Of a stretch of 64,000 nucleotides of DNA, positions 28,202 to 43,172 are shown one piece after another. The notes beneath the pieces were generated by a model, which ran no database searches, was not told the origin of the DNA, and saw only the letters and a program-made list of their open reading frames with translations. Source of the stretch: Octopus sinensis (lineage: Eukaryota); the NCBI RefSeq assembly GCF_006345805.1, contig NC_043009.1, positions 16,368,001-16,432,000 on the forward strand. The letters run 5' to 3'. The position numbers were made by a program, and so were the translations under genes. The first letter of the stretch is position 1, and each line of letters opens with the position of its first letter.

Positions 28202-29258
<1,057 letters not shown>

Positions 29259-31218
29259 CAAGATTTAGAAGATTGACCACTAAAAGTGGACAGCCTATAT
29301 GGTAGATATAGACGTCAAAATCGCAATTTTCCAAGGAGAATGTGTTCTCAAGAAAAAATTCAGCAAAAGAAACCAAAATGTAAAAATAACCAAGACAAAT
29401 GAAACTATACGAAATAAAAAAACGATAACCTATCTACTAATTAGTTTCACTTGTTAATAATTTACGTATATGAATACATAAACATCTGCAAGATCATCAG
29501 CATAGTCTGTCGTTTATGAAACACAATTTCTAGAACTAGATACAGGGCGCTCGACCGAAATCCAGTATTGTATAAAGTTCCACAAATTATATTTATGTGT
29601 ATCTTTCAAATTCCTTCACTTTGGCGCACTGATATCGAAATTACTCTGCAGTTAATAAACTACAGCAGTCAATGTCTAACTTAATAGCACCACCTGGTGA
29701 AGTCTTTTAGATCATGATGCACACCTCAGTCATATAGTTATTATTGTTGGCAACATACCCGGGTGTAGGGCATTCGTGCGGGATCTGGGAGAGAAATACG
29801 TCCAGAGAACTTCTGAATTTTATGGGATCTGTTTCCCAGGAGGAGGAGGAGGAGGAGGAAGAGGTATGTTGAAGGAAATGAGGACAGTGATGAGCGCGGT
29901 AGCTTTACTGTAGTAATTTTTACTTCAACTGTTAAATATGTTGCCATTAACAATGTCTTTCTTTCCTCTTGCTATTTTAGTTGCTGTTATTGTTTGTCAT
30001 CGCTTATTGTTTCTTTTCGTGATTAAAATATTTCTAATTGATATGCGATCCATTGACATCAGAGAGATGAAAAAATGAACTTGAAGGGATCATATATATG
30101 AGCCAAAGGTCGCCTGATAAAAGTGAAAAATTTTTAATTATGTAGATTTGAGATGGAGTGAATCCTTATTTCGCAATAAGTCTTCACCAATACAAATTTC
30201 AAATTCTATCTTTCTCCATAATTACCTGAACATTGTTTAGGTTCCCTTGTTAGAACATTATTAAAATTCCACTTGCTTATTAATTCATTATTTATTTTTA
30301 ATTATTAGTTGTCTTCCATTAAATAATTGTTTAATTAATTCTTTGTATATTTTCAGTCAATTTAGTTTTTCTCTTCTTTCCCAATACTTTTATATATTTT
30401 CCATTTTATTTTGTATTTCAAGCTTTATGTGAGATTATTTACATATCTAACCATTAATTTGTGGTATCTCACATTATGGTAAATCCATCTAAATTTACAG
30501 GATATTGCTATTCATGTTGTTCTCATATTTTATTTTTACTTCTTTTTCTTCTTCGTCTTCTTCATCTTCTTATTCAACTTCTGCTTCGTCTCCTTTGTCA
30601 AGTTGCTTTATTTTTCTCATCTCTTCTCTATTATTCTTATTCTTACGCTCATTCCATCATCCCTGCTTTTGCTCTGAGCTATTATTTACAGTATTGATGA
30701 TGTCATTTTATACTTGTCTTCAGCTTCATGCCTGGCCTTGCTGAATCGTGATGCTCAAGCTGATCTCATCTAATCTAGATGACTGAAACGTAACACTGAA
30801 TAACATGTGAACAGCTTGGAGCGATGTTATTTCTCGTATTCCTGTTGACTTGATCTGGTCATGAATATCAGTTATTTGCAAATCGTTTTCTTCGTTGCTT
30901 CAGAGTTACTGATTATTAGAAATTCTCTTGTGATTTTGATGCATCACAAGCTTGTATTTTGACAGGTGTTTCTCAGTCTTCTCGGCCATACCAAAGGCTA
31001 TTAACATTTCAATTAGCTGACGGAACGTCAAGGACTAATCTGCATTATTCAGGTCAACGAGTTCATTTCATATAAGCGGATTCTAGACTTCTTTAACACA
31101 TCCTTGATACGATCTAACGCAGTCTCAAATACATAATCAAGCCAATAAAACACCTTCGAAAAATTAGTCTGGCCTTTTAACTTCTGAATTGTCTTTACGT
31201 TTCCTCTCTCCCTCTCTT

Positions 31219-31317
<99 letters not shown>

Positions 31318-31392
31318 TCTCTAACAATATATGACCCCAGTTTAATTGTTTATATCACTGTACAACAAATGTTAACATAGAAACAACATACA

Positions 31393-31920
31393 TGTTACCA
31401 GTTCAAATATTCTTGAAGCATATTCAAACTGGTAAGAAAGTCAATCACTGTATTTTTTCATGGAGAAAATGTCTTGCTCTGGACACACCAATTTAGTTCG
31501 CAAATTTTCTCAACTAGACTGGTGGATGCATGCCTTTCAAAGTGGTTACCTTCTCTTCAGCACCAGAAAGTGGGGTGTCAGGCGTTGTGAACAGACAAGA
31601 GACACAGATCTTTTTCATTCAATACTCGTCATCGAACTAAAGATGATTGTGCCAGTCGGAACGAAAGCGCTATGCAGTGATGTGTTTATACGAACTTGTT
31701 ACCAGTTCAAATATGCTTGAGACCTGTTCGAATCCGTATAAAAGCTATTAAATGTATGTAGTCATGGAGACAATTTCTCAATTTAGATAGATACATCAAG
31801 TCAGTTCACAGCGTTCCCTAACCAGACTGATGGATGCATGCATTTCGTAATGGTTATTTTCGCTTGAGTACCAGAAAAAGGAAAGGTAGACGCTGAGAAC
31901 TGACAAGACAGACAGATCCC
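31393..31920 (-). ncRNA. Tandem ~305-bp dimer, each unit carrying a type I hammerhead motif (retrozyme-like)
   Basis: Anchor TGTTACCAGTTCAAATAT at 31393 and 31697. HHR at 31519-31566 has an intact core; HHR at 31827-31874 has a degenerate core. Confidence 0.65.
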
Positions 31921-32754
31921 TAATTATAAGTAACATAATATTACAAAAACTGCACAACAAAGGGTAGGATTTTTCTTTATCCTCAACCATAGTCAGTTGT
32001 TAACCCTCTATAATGCTAAAGTATGACTAACAACGGATTACTGCATACACCTAATGCTATACACACGAACTTTCTTGATTACATCTATGCACTGTTCTAT
32101 GGCTACAACAGTGGAGTCTGCTCATTTAACCAGTTATCCGTACACCCTCATCATTCAGTCTAATTCGTGCCATCCACTATTCTTCTTCTGTCACTATTAC
32201 TATGTCTCATCTTCAAGATGCTGTTGTAAAAGTTTTACCCAATCTTTTCTTCTCAAGGCAGACATTGCACACTCATACATAGATATTTTTCATTTTTTAT
32301 GTACTGAATATATCATTCTATATTTCTTCTGTGTATTTTTGTTGAAAAATTAGTGTTTTTTATTATTATTGCTATTATTATTTTTGCAGCAAGCACCCTA
32401 AATTGTTAGTCCTTTGTACAAAAATACTTAGTGGTATTTCTTCTAGCTCTTTACATTCTGAGTTAAAACTTCGCCGAGGTCGACTTTCTGTGAAATTTTC
32501 CTACCCGCCAATGCTTCTCTTACAGACATTGACCTGCAGTTAGACACCAACTGCATCAATTCTCATCAAACCAAACAAGTAGGTCATGACCATTGCCCCT
32601 ACACATACACACACATACATATATACACACACACAAATACACACACACTTCACATCTACAACTTTTTATAAATACTACTAATCTAGAGATACAAATTTGC
32701 ACTCATTTCTACGTACTAATTTATATAAATTTTAGACCAATTGATTTATATATA

Positions 32755-33700
32755 TATTGGCGAAAAAATAATTGAGGTGTAGTTATTTCAAACTTTGATG
32801 TTTATTTTGGATTAAAATTTTATATAACTTTTCTCATATGATGTACCATTTTTTAAAATGCAGATATTGATCTATTGATTTATGGTAATGGTTTTGCTTT
32901 TACTGTTTATTCTTGTATATTTAGACTGCCAACGAAAAAAGCAAATTCTAGAAGTTTTATTGTAAGTTCAAAATGGAACGGCGATCAAAGGAAAATAAAC
33001 GCAGAATAAATCAAATATTTTAGAAGAAACCGTAAACAAACATACAGCTTGATATTGGTGCCAAATATTTCGTGAAGGCCATTACTGAAGTCGATCCACG
33101 CAAAACAACTCGAAAATATTCGAAATACCTATATGTTGATCATTCAACAGTTGTTTGACATTTGCATTATATTAGAAAGTGGGAAAAGGGGTCGACAAAT
33201 GGGTGCTATATGAACTGAGCTTGAAAAAAACTCATCGCCACGAAATCTGCTCTGTCTTGTTTTGCGATTTGTTTCTTGATTGCATTATGGCGTTTGACGA
33301 CAAACTGAATTATATAGAGCAATCAATGTCGATCCATGCAGTGTATGGAACGAAGTGAATCACAAATCGAAGCTGCATCGAAAGAAGGTTATGGTCACTT
33401 TTTGGTGGTTAACGAATGGAATTATCCACTACTATTTACATGAAACCATTACTACAGAGACTTTTGAGAGTTGGGAGGGAGGGCTTGGAAGTCAACAAAG
33501 TGCAACAAGAATTGCAACTCTTAAGCTGAAAAAAAAAACGATTCTTTTTCAGTACAAAACCAGGCGACATCTTGCACAAACAACTCAGGAGAAATTAGAC
33601 TGAGTTATGGAACTCTATCTCACCCGCCAAGGTCACTCACCAGAACCCTCTCAAACATTTCACTAAGTTCTAATAACTCAAAGAAGTTCAGGCCACCGCC
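32755..33700 (+). mobile_element. Degenerate mariner transposon
   Basis: KLHRKKVMVTFWWLTNGIIHYYLHETITTE matches the mariner motif KKVMVTVWW. TIR-like TATTGGCGAAAAAATAATTG at the 5' end. Confidence 0.75.
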
Positions 33701-34248
33701 ATCACAATTCAGAAACCATACGTTAGGACTTTTACACTTAGTAACTGAATTTAAGCGGTGTTGAGCCTGTGATATTGAAAGGCACGTGGATCGTACAACG
33801 TATACGGATATCCTTTACATTTTTTGATAGTAATGTTGCATGAGTTGCGCTGCCATGTAAAAAGATTCCCATTTGGTTACTGTGCTATGGAGTTCTGTTA
33901 CATAAGGAATATGAAGAGACACTCTACATGGATGATTTTAGTCATTCACTTAACTGTAAAAGATGGTCTTAGGTTGAAACATTCAATTACAGAAGTTAGA
34001 GGTCTTAAAGTACCAGAGGTTTCAAGAGATGAAGGTTTTGTACACTGGAAGATTGTGCAGTAAGTTACTGCTGATAAGCATAGATCTGATATTTGAAGGT
34101 ACTGAGACAGTAATGGCCAGTGAAGGCTAATTTCAGAGGTGAAAAGGGAATCAAGGTTATTTGGTGAGCAGATGTGTCTGAAAGGGATACACGTAGGAAT
34201 GGAAAGTAACTGAAGTAAGCAGTTAAGGGTGATAGATGACTCATATTC

Positions 34249-34476
34249 GGCGAGCTGGCAAAAACGTTAGCACGCCGAGCGAAATGCTTGGCGGTATTTC
34301 GTCTGCCGTTACGTTGTGAGTTCAAATTCCGCCGAGGTCGACTTTGCCTTCCATCCTTTCGGGGTCGATAAATTAAGTACCAGTTACGCACTGGGGTCTA
34401 TGTAATCGACTTAATCCATTTGTCTGTCCTTGTTTGTCCCCTCTATGTTTAGCCCCTTGTGGGAAATAAAGAAATA
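34249..34476 (+). mobile_element. SINE family B, full copy (core resembles the Meta/MESC domain)
   Basis: GGCGAGCTGGCA...GAGTTCAAATTCCGCCGAGGTCGACTTTGCCTTCCATCCTTTCGGGGTCGATAAATTAAGTACCAG. The domain name is from memory. Confidence 0.85.
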
Positions 34477-34994
34477 AGATGATTCATATTCCACATTAGC
34501 AACATCGGTGTGAGTGGAGGTTAAGAGTCTAGAGGAATTGTATACTATAAAAGCTTTGCTTTGTTTTCAATAAGTTATTTCTGATTCACTATAAATCTAT
34601 ACCTTACATTTACATCAATATCTGCCTCATGTCATCCTGTTGCCAAGAAACTAACACTTTGCCTCGCTGCATGTTCTCATTATAGAGATAAACATGATGA
34701 TTATTATGGCCGGGATGATGGCAATGATTAGCATGGTGCTAATCAGGACGATTGTGATAATACTGATGATGATCCTCATTAACAACATGAAGTTTCTTTT
34801 TTTTACTTGTTTTATGTGTTAATTATCAAATGATTGCTTCGGGTTGTGTGGCTCGGTTAGCATTTCATCTTCAAAGTACCTGGAAAAGCTATGTCAATAT
34901 TCATAGAATATTTCTTCAGGGGCAATGTCAAGTAATATCTTCAAAGTGTTATTCTAAATTGATTCAAATCAGAAGTCATAAAGCATCAGGCTCA

Positions 34995-35020
34995 ACAACA
35001 ACAGCAACAACAACAACAAC

Positions 35021-35095
<75 letters not shown>

Positions 35096-35096
35096 T

Positions 35097-35181
<85 letters not shown>

Positions 35182-35195
35182 CAACAGCAACAATT
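34995..35195. repeat. Compound trinucleotide repeat (CAA)-(TAG)n-(CAG)-(TAG)n
   Basis: Directly visible. Source of the poly-V, poly-T and poly-L ORFs. Confidence 0.95.
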
Positions 35196-37309
35196 ACAGT
35201 AATCAAAGCTAAAACCGAGTTTCTAAATGAATACTCGAGTTACCAGAAATAGTTACGAAATCTTCCTTACATTACAACCTGAGTCCTGGAAAAGGGAAGG
35301 TCAAATTGAATAAGGTAGTTCTACATACAAAATGTCTAATAAAATGACGGAATATTCACAGGTTTTACTCATTCTATGAATGACCTGGCATAAACAATAA
35401 TTCTGCAGCCAAATCGATAGGTAACAGCCAACATAAACCTAGTTACCAATAGCAGCTATATTCTATTCTGCAGTAAATCCGCCATCAGTCAACAACACAA
35501 ATGTCCACTTCACTTCTCGGAAAATATATTTACTTCAACCCTCCACACAAACGTCGTCATCTGTCCAAAACAGAAATGTCTTCTCGAGACGTCTACGTCA
35601 GTGTACAGTTCTTGAGTAGGCGTTGGGGGTGTGGTAGGGTGGTAAAATTAGAGAACGAAATCAGAATTAAGTAATTGTTCAACAACAATAAAAAAGAATT
35701 CATGTCAAGAATTTCTTAAGCTGTTCGTCTATCAGTTGGCTTCCATTGATTTTCTCTCAGATCGGACCTATTTTTCACTCCAACAATGTTGCAAGGAGAC
35801 CACACTAGATTAGAGAAAAGGAAATGAAACAAAATAAAACAAGAAATATAACAAATGAAAGCTATTTAATTGAATTACGAAAAACCTCTTCCAATTATTT
35901 TATTTTTTCGCTCGCTTCTGTTCTTTGTTTTCGTTTTCAGAAGTACTGCTGCTGCTACTGCAATCAACACTAATACTTCTAGTGCTTCAAATACCGACAA
36001 CACTTACACTATCACCACAACAATAATTACTACTAGTTTTAATGCTACCAATACTACTAGTAAGGCTACTATTATCATCCAGCTTGCCAAATCATCCCCA
36101 CCAGCCCAAAGAGAAACTAGCCCTACCACCACCTGCCACAACTGTTTTTATTAGTATTCCTAATGAGGAAATTAACAACTGGACAAACACAATTTCAAGC
36201 TCTCTATAGAATCTCGTAGAATTATTATTAGTATCACAGTTACCTTTATTGCTGCTGCTGCTGCGACTGTGACTGACACGGAATGGCTATTGTTATTTCT
36301 GGATAGCTAAGGAAGTTGTTTGTACTTTATCTTCTGTCATAAATAGAATATTTTAGAAACTTAATTTCGTTTTCCCGGTATTTAAACAAAGTATTTTTCT
36401 TTTACTAATTCACGCACAGATGGTGCCGATGCGAATCTCAGGCTTCATTATTTCTTCTTTTTTTTTCAGATCAGATGGAATTCAAGCAATTACTGCCTCC
36501 TGTAAAGCAAACTTTCTCTGTTATCAAGTTTAAAATGTTATCAATTGGAGAAACATGATTTCGAATTCTCTTAGAAATATCTTAGAATTCTCGTTTGTAT
36601 TCTCTTTAGAATCGCGATCCTTCATGTTTTATTCTCATTAGCTTAAACTTTAAGATAGCATTTACCATCTTCGAGAAAATATTTTCATGGCAGCGCTTAA
36701 TATGCTTACATAATCAAAATACTGAAGTGTGCATTCTATCATTTTCACTCTACATGTATTGGCAACCCAATGCCACAAACTGTAGTGATACAGGTTTCTA
36801 TGAACTGTTTGCATCTAAGTTACAAAACACAATATGAAGCCCGATATATTCTAAGAATGAAAATTAAAATCGCTTTATTGCTGAAGTTGCTCTTTTTTCT
36901 AACATCATCAGAGTTATTTCCCAAAGCTTTCTTTACAATGAAATATGTCTGATATACACCTGATGTACTGAATTACTCTCAACAACAACAGTAAGTAGCA
37001 TCCATACGACCAAGACATTCTCATCTACCTAATCCGTAGCACAAGCTACTTTCTGTGCCTTCCTACCATTTCCACAATTCTATGCCATCAATAAAATACC
37101 TTGCTAAACCAGCATTAAAGTTGATTCTTATAAAGAGGTGTTGAAAGTCGGGATAGCCAACAAATTTTTCAGTCAGCTAAAACATTTAAAGAGATAAATG
37201 ACAACTTCAACACATGACATATTCAATCAACCTCCTGCTTTATCTTGAATCTTAACGCTTCCCTTCATCTAGCGGAAGTACAATCCTACTCATATCCTAA
37301 CCATATCTC

Positions 37310-37343
<34 letters not shown>

Positions 37344-37394
37344 ATGTGTGTGTGTGTACATGTATGTATGTATGTATGTATGTATGTATGTATG

Positions 37395-37433
<39 letters not shown>

Positions 37434-37443
37434 TGTGTAAATA

Positions 37444-38698
37444 CAGGGTGCGTAAGATGATATTTGAGGACAGATTTATACTTATATAAAAAAAAAACAG
37501 ATATATAATAACAGATAATAACTTCATTTTTCAAAAGATTCTATGAAGATAAAAATAAAACTTTTCTATAATGCTATTCAATAAAGCCACCTTCAACTTC
37601 AACAACTGCTTCTATATGAGATCTAAATCATCTATATGCACGAATCAAGTGGTCCTGGTTCATTTTGGATATTACCCTAACTATGGCAGCTTTCAAAGAA
37701 TATTTGGTGTTATGGGCGTGTTCATTGACACGCTCAACAGTGCTCTACGTGTAATAGTCCAATGGATTGACATCTGGAGAATTAGGAGGCTAAATGTTAG
37801 GGGTTATGTGACCATGAAAATTTTCAGCCATCCATTCCTGTGTTACTAGAGCCGTGTGTGATAGTGCAGAGTCTTAATGAAGCACATATAGTTTTTCACT
37901 GCATACACTGTCCATCCAGGGCTTAACAATTATTTCCAGGACCTTAATATAGGCGGTAGAGTTAAATTTAAGGCTTTGTGGAAAGAGGTAAGGAGGCATG
38001 ACATGTCCTTCATTGCTGACAACCCCTACAACCATGACAGCTGCAAGAAATTCTGTATGCATAACACTTGGAACTTCAGAAGGGTCTGCACATAACCATC
38101 TTTCATTTCTTCTGTTAACTTTTTGATCTTGGTCGAAGTTTTTCTCGTATAAGAAAAAAAAAATCAAATCTTCTGCTGCTGGATTTTTCAGTTTGTTTAA
38201 GAGACTTTTAGATTTGATGTGGTGATTTTCTTTTGTTTTTCTTTTTCTGACAAATTGACCTTTCCTCATCATATAAGACTTATATCTGATGTCTTCCTGG
38301 ACACATTTCTGATTGTCCCTTCTGACATATGGAGATCTTTTGCAATTGACTACATAGACTTTCTGGGATTGTAAACAATAGTCTGTTGAACTTGCTGGAT
38401 AAATTCAAGTGTTCTGATGATTTCAGAGTGTGTAGAATGTGTTTTATGCTTTGATATTGGTGATACGTTTCCTTCTTCAGTTTTTAGCTCCTTACAAACT
38501 TTGTAGACGAAAGATCTGGAAACTTTTAAAAATCGAGACATTTCTAAATCGCTATGCTCAGCCTTTAATAACCACAATAACAGCATGCCTCTTCATTTCT
38601 TGAGTAAGCTGAGGGTCTGCCATTATTATTTTCTGAAACAAAGATTATATGCAACAACGATCCCAAAATGTATGTCCGCAAATACCTTACGCACCCTG
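37444..38698 (-). mobile_element. Full-length Tc1/mariner-superfamily element, maT-type (DD37D), pseudogenised
   Basis: TIRs CAGGGTGCGTAAG(AT)GATATTTG and CAAATACCTTACGCACCCTG with TA duplications at 37442-43 and 38699-700. Motifs EKNFDQDQKVN, VMVVGVVSNEG and D-SALSH...SPDVNPL-D, with 37 residues counted between the last two Asp. Stops and frameshifts present. Confidence 0.92.
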
Positions 38699-38734
38699 TA
38701 TATAGAGAGAGGGAGAGAGAGAAATATACATACA

Positions 38735-38796
<62 letters not shown>

Positions 38797-39294
38797 TAGA
38801 CATATATTCACAGACACGTATACACACACGTGTGCGTGTGTAACACAGAAGAATGGAGATTTATACATTCTTTTATCACTTACACGTTTCGGATAGATTG
38901 ATAAATTCTAAAATTCTGAAATGGAATAATCATTCATATTAAACGGTTATAAATTTAATCAACCAATATAGATATAGAGAAATTAAAGATCATCTTATCC
39001 ATACCAAAGCTATACCATATTCCAGTCGAAGCGTGTGTAAGCTTATTAAAGAATGTATAATTCTCCATTCTTTTGTGTTTCCTATATTCTGTGACTTTAC
39101 ACCAAATTTATTCGGTGTTTGAACCTAGGATTTACAAACTGGATAGGCAATGGAAAGAAATTTTACAGCTTACGTGAATTACAATGGCTCTCACTGGACA
39201 ATTTGGTTAGCCAAGTTTGATCCTACAGAACGCTTATAAACTATTCGGCGGAGATTTTAATCCCTTAATCCTTTTTCCTTTGTTACACATATAC

Positions 39295-39378
<84 letters not shown>

Positions 39379-39940
39379 CATGATACCGATAGATGTATGT
39401 GTATGCGTGTATGTGTGGATAGATAAGTAAGGTCGGTAAGCGGAGAGTAATAAAATGTGTTTGTATGAAGACGGGATAAATAGACCGACCATTGTTAGTT
39501 TGGCAGCCCCTTAAAAGAAAATTCTGACATTTGCAAAGTTATCAAACAAGCTTCAGATAATAATCTAACTCAATGTTAATAACGTTCATTCATTTCTTCT
39601 CATCGGTTTAAACATTCTAAGATAAGATGAGAGAAGTAATTAATTATTCAACACCAGATAATATATTGACACTACCGAAACGACTTTACATTCGTTAGAA
39701 TCAGATTTCGTCCCTTCACCGATTCGCTTATCTCTGGTGTTTCACTAGTTTTGCAAAACGTCAGACTGTATTGCTTTTCTTCTGCCCGCGTTACTTTGCA
39801 GATTATACTTCCCTAACAACACCGGTAACATAGGTCTTGCATACGATGCCTGATTACAAACAGTAACAACCAATCAGCTAGCGTTGTTTCAATAGCATAA
39901 GTTTTAAGTTTCAACCTTTATTAAGTATTACAATCGAAAT

Positions 39941-39944
<4 letters not shown>

Positions 39945-39987
<43 letters not shown>

Positions 39988-40113
39988 ATGGATGGATGGA
40001 TGGATGGATGTGTATATATAAATGTATAAATGTACACTTGTATTCATACTTACATACAGATAGATAGACAGACAGATAGACAGACAGACAGACAGACAGA
40101 TAGATAGACAGAC

Positions 40114-40183
<70 letters not shown>

Positions 40184-40188
40184 GAAGG

Positions 40189-40221
<33 letters not shown>

Positions 40222-40230
40222 TGACTGACT

Positions 40231-40277
<47 letters not shown>

Positions 40278-40278
40278 G

Positions 40279-40351
<73 letters not shown>

Positions 40352-40368
40352 GTAGGTAGGTAGGTAGG

Positions 40369-40460
<92 letters not shown>
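39945..40460. repeat. (TG)n, (GGAT)n and long (GATA)/(GACA) microsatellite array
   Basis: Directly visible. Confidence 0.95.
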
Positions 40461-40461
<1 letters not shown>

Positions 40462-40464
40462 TTA

Positions 40465-42330
40465 ACCCCACTGTGCGAATATCATCATATAATCTGTGGT
40501 TAATGTAACTCTTGTAGTTTCTCTTGGATATTGCCAGCATATCAGGAGTATTTACTCCCTTCGTCCTCTAAACCGATAAAGGAGTCCTTAACTATTCAGG
40601 GAAAATATCAGGGGTGACAGTGTGGCTTTTGTACCTTCTCCCATAGACGGATATGTTGTGTTTACATTAGATTGCTGTTTTGATTAGAATGTTCCTCCAG
40701 TATCCATACTGATATAGATATTTTCTGGATCGGGTTCAGGTTCAGGTTTGTCATAGGCACAACTGTACAAGCAATCCTTCTTGCACATAGCACTACAAGA
40801 AGTTTATAATTCATATCTTGCAAGGATGTAATATCTAGAGTACATTTTTGAACTGCTGATGATGTGACTGATGTTTTCCACTATGAGCATTCTCTATCGA
40901 AATGAACGTTTTTGAGACATTCATATCTTTCTATTGATCACTATTTTAATAAATATCTCCTATCCTTATGAAGTGAAAGAGAATTTTTTTATGTAGGATA
41001 GGATTTTATCTAGCACAGGTCCAGGTGAAGTTACTTTTCCTATACTTCTGTACTTCTCCAACATGCAAGGCATGTATCCTTCTATAACTTCCTGCTAATT
41101 TTATAAGTGTTTTTCCTCCAAGTTTATGTTTAAGTCGGTTAGTCCAACTGCTCTTAAGTTACGTGGAATAGCAAGGAGCTATTCTCTCAGATTTCACTCG
41201 TTTTACTGGTTAGTACACAGGTAATGTGCTCATATCTGTCTCTTGGTGTCGTGAGGGTCATCGACGAAAAATATATCAGTTTCATTAATTCTCTCCCCGT
41301 TGCAAATTCTAATATGTAATCTTGGTATTTCCTTGGCAAGGCCAACTATGTCGTTGACTTCTAGCGCGATTAGCATTATAGGCAAGATGCTACCTTAAAA
41401 TATTTTATACCCACCGAGAAACTAATCTTGTTTGTGATTTCAGTTGTTGCTTCAATTGTCAGATAGCTGAGTTGGCCAGGTTGTGAATTTTTAATCTTAA
41501 TTAGTGTCGCAGATGGAAGTTTAGCAAAGTATTCATCAATGAAGGGTAAAGTCAAACTAATCCAACAGACTAGCAATACACTTAGTAGCGGATCTTGGTG
41601 ATGCTCCTGCATATTTTTAATGTCATCTTTGTGGACGAAAATCTGTTCGTCACAGCGCCAGGCTCCTTTCTTTCCTCCTGACTATTTATTAATCGTCAAA
41701 ACGTCTGTTTCGCAGGATCTTGTAGTAAAACATTCAAGCAAGCTGTGTATAACTTATACATAACATGTTAGGGATCCGTACTTTTTGGTGGGGGGCCCGT
41801 GCATTACTTTGTTCTAAGGTGCAGAGCTTCGTTATCTTACATGAACTTACAAGCCCAACAACCGACTACAAGTTTTATCCAGTATCATTTTCCTTCTGAT
41901 TATTTTACAACAAACCTTCAGGAGAGTTTCATTGGTAATGACGTATGTTTTGGAAGGAATATTTGCTGGGTATCTCCTCCGTAATTCCTTTAATTGATGC
42001 TATTTATTTACATTTCAGTTTCTACCCAACCGCCCACATAAATGACTCCTGATCATCCTGAGGAAGACCATATACAATTTTAGTGGTATGGTCTTCTATG
42101 CAGGGATATATAGTTTATGGTTTTAATGCAAACATTCAGTTGATAGTTCAACGTTCTTGTAATTTTGACTTACTATTCTTAGCACGTGTTTTAGGGCAAT
42201 TAGTTTATCTGAGTGTTTCTTGTCAACAGTCCTCATTGATTTTCGATAATTTATCATAAAGTCACAGCTGAGGATTCGGAAAATCATTATTGACATTGTG
42301 TATAATGAAAGCATTTAACTCTCTTTTCAT
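40465..42330 (-). mobile_element. Highly degenerate R4/Dong-like non-LTR retrotransposon (RT to zinc-knuckle region)
   Basis: Ordered remnants YKLYTA (~41750), FFVDD (~41265) and a C-terminal KSYINHRLYD (~40490), consistent with RT domains followed by a CCHC region. Confidence 0.55.
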
Positions 42331-42644
42331 TTTCGTAACTTCCCAATTTTCTTTTAGAAAGAAACAATCCATTAAAGATGTATATCATCTTTTTATCAAT
42401 CGTCCTTACTCCTATTTGTTGGAGAATAGTAAATATAACACAGCATAACAGAGCGTTCAATGTTTAACAGTTGGTATCCTTCAGTTTATGCAAGTTCTTT
42501 AACAACTTAGTCGATCACTGATCATCTCAAATCAGTGAGATTTCATTCAGTGACTTGTCGATATATAGCTAAGTAAAGTTTAAATAAGGCTGTAAGCTGT
42601 ATTTTGAGTTATATACATCCTTCTCTCATTTAAATATGTTCTAA

Positions 42645-43111
42645 AGCAATGGACTCCCAATCTTCTCGTTCAGAAAGACACAGTATACGCACCCCAAATT
42701 TGTATGAACACTACTTGTACAAATCCGTTTGCTTCCCTGCTTAAAACCTCGTAAAATACAGATACTTTTAGTTTTGAGACAAGCTACGAAATGATGAAAT
42801 GAATCCGTTGAACCAACCAATGTGTGTTCAAACAACTTAGAACATAGACATTTACTGTGTTTTATCCAGTGTGTATGTCTGTATAATGGCAACTCCTATC
42901 TTACTGTTTTTGTCATAGTTTTTTTATTTCATTCCTAGATTTAACAATTATTGTGCGAAAATATCTACTGTGCTGTTGATACAGTTATTTGCCATACAAA
43001 TTTGGTGATTGATTCAATCTTGTACGAAAGGTAAAAGTTTTAAGGGATAGTACTCATCACACGAAAGAATAGTCTACTCAGTGAAGTAACTGAATTCAAT
43101 GCTGTTTATGC

Positions 43112-43172
<61 letters not shown>

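Noticed and set aside
31049-31200. QTNFSKVFYWLDYVF resembling the RT motif DFSKAFD
   Set aside because: Single weak motif with no flanking RT domains recognisable.
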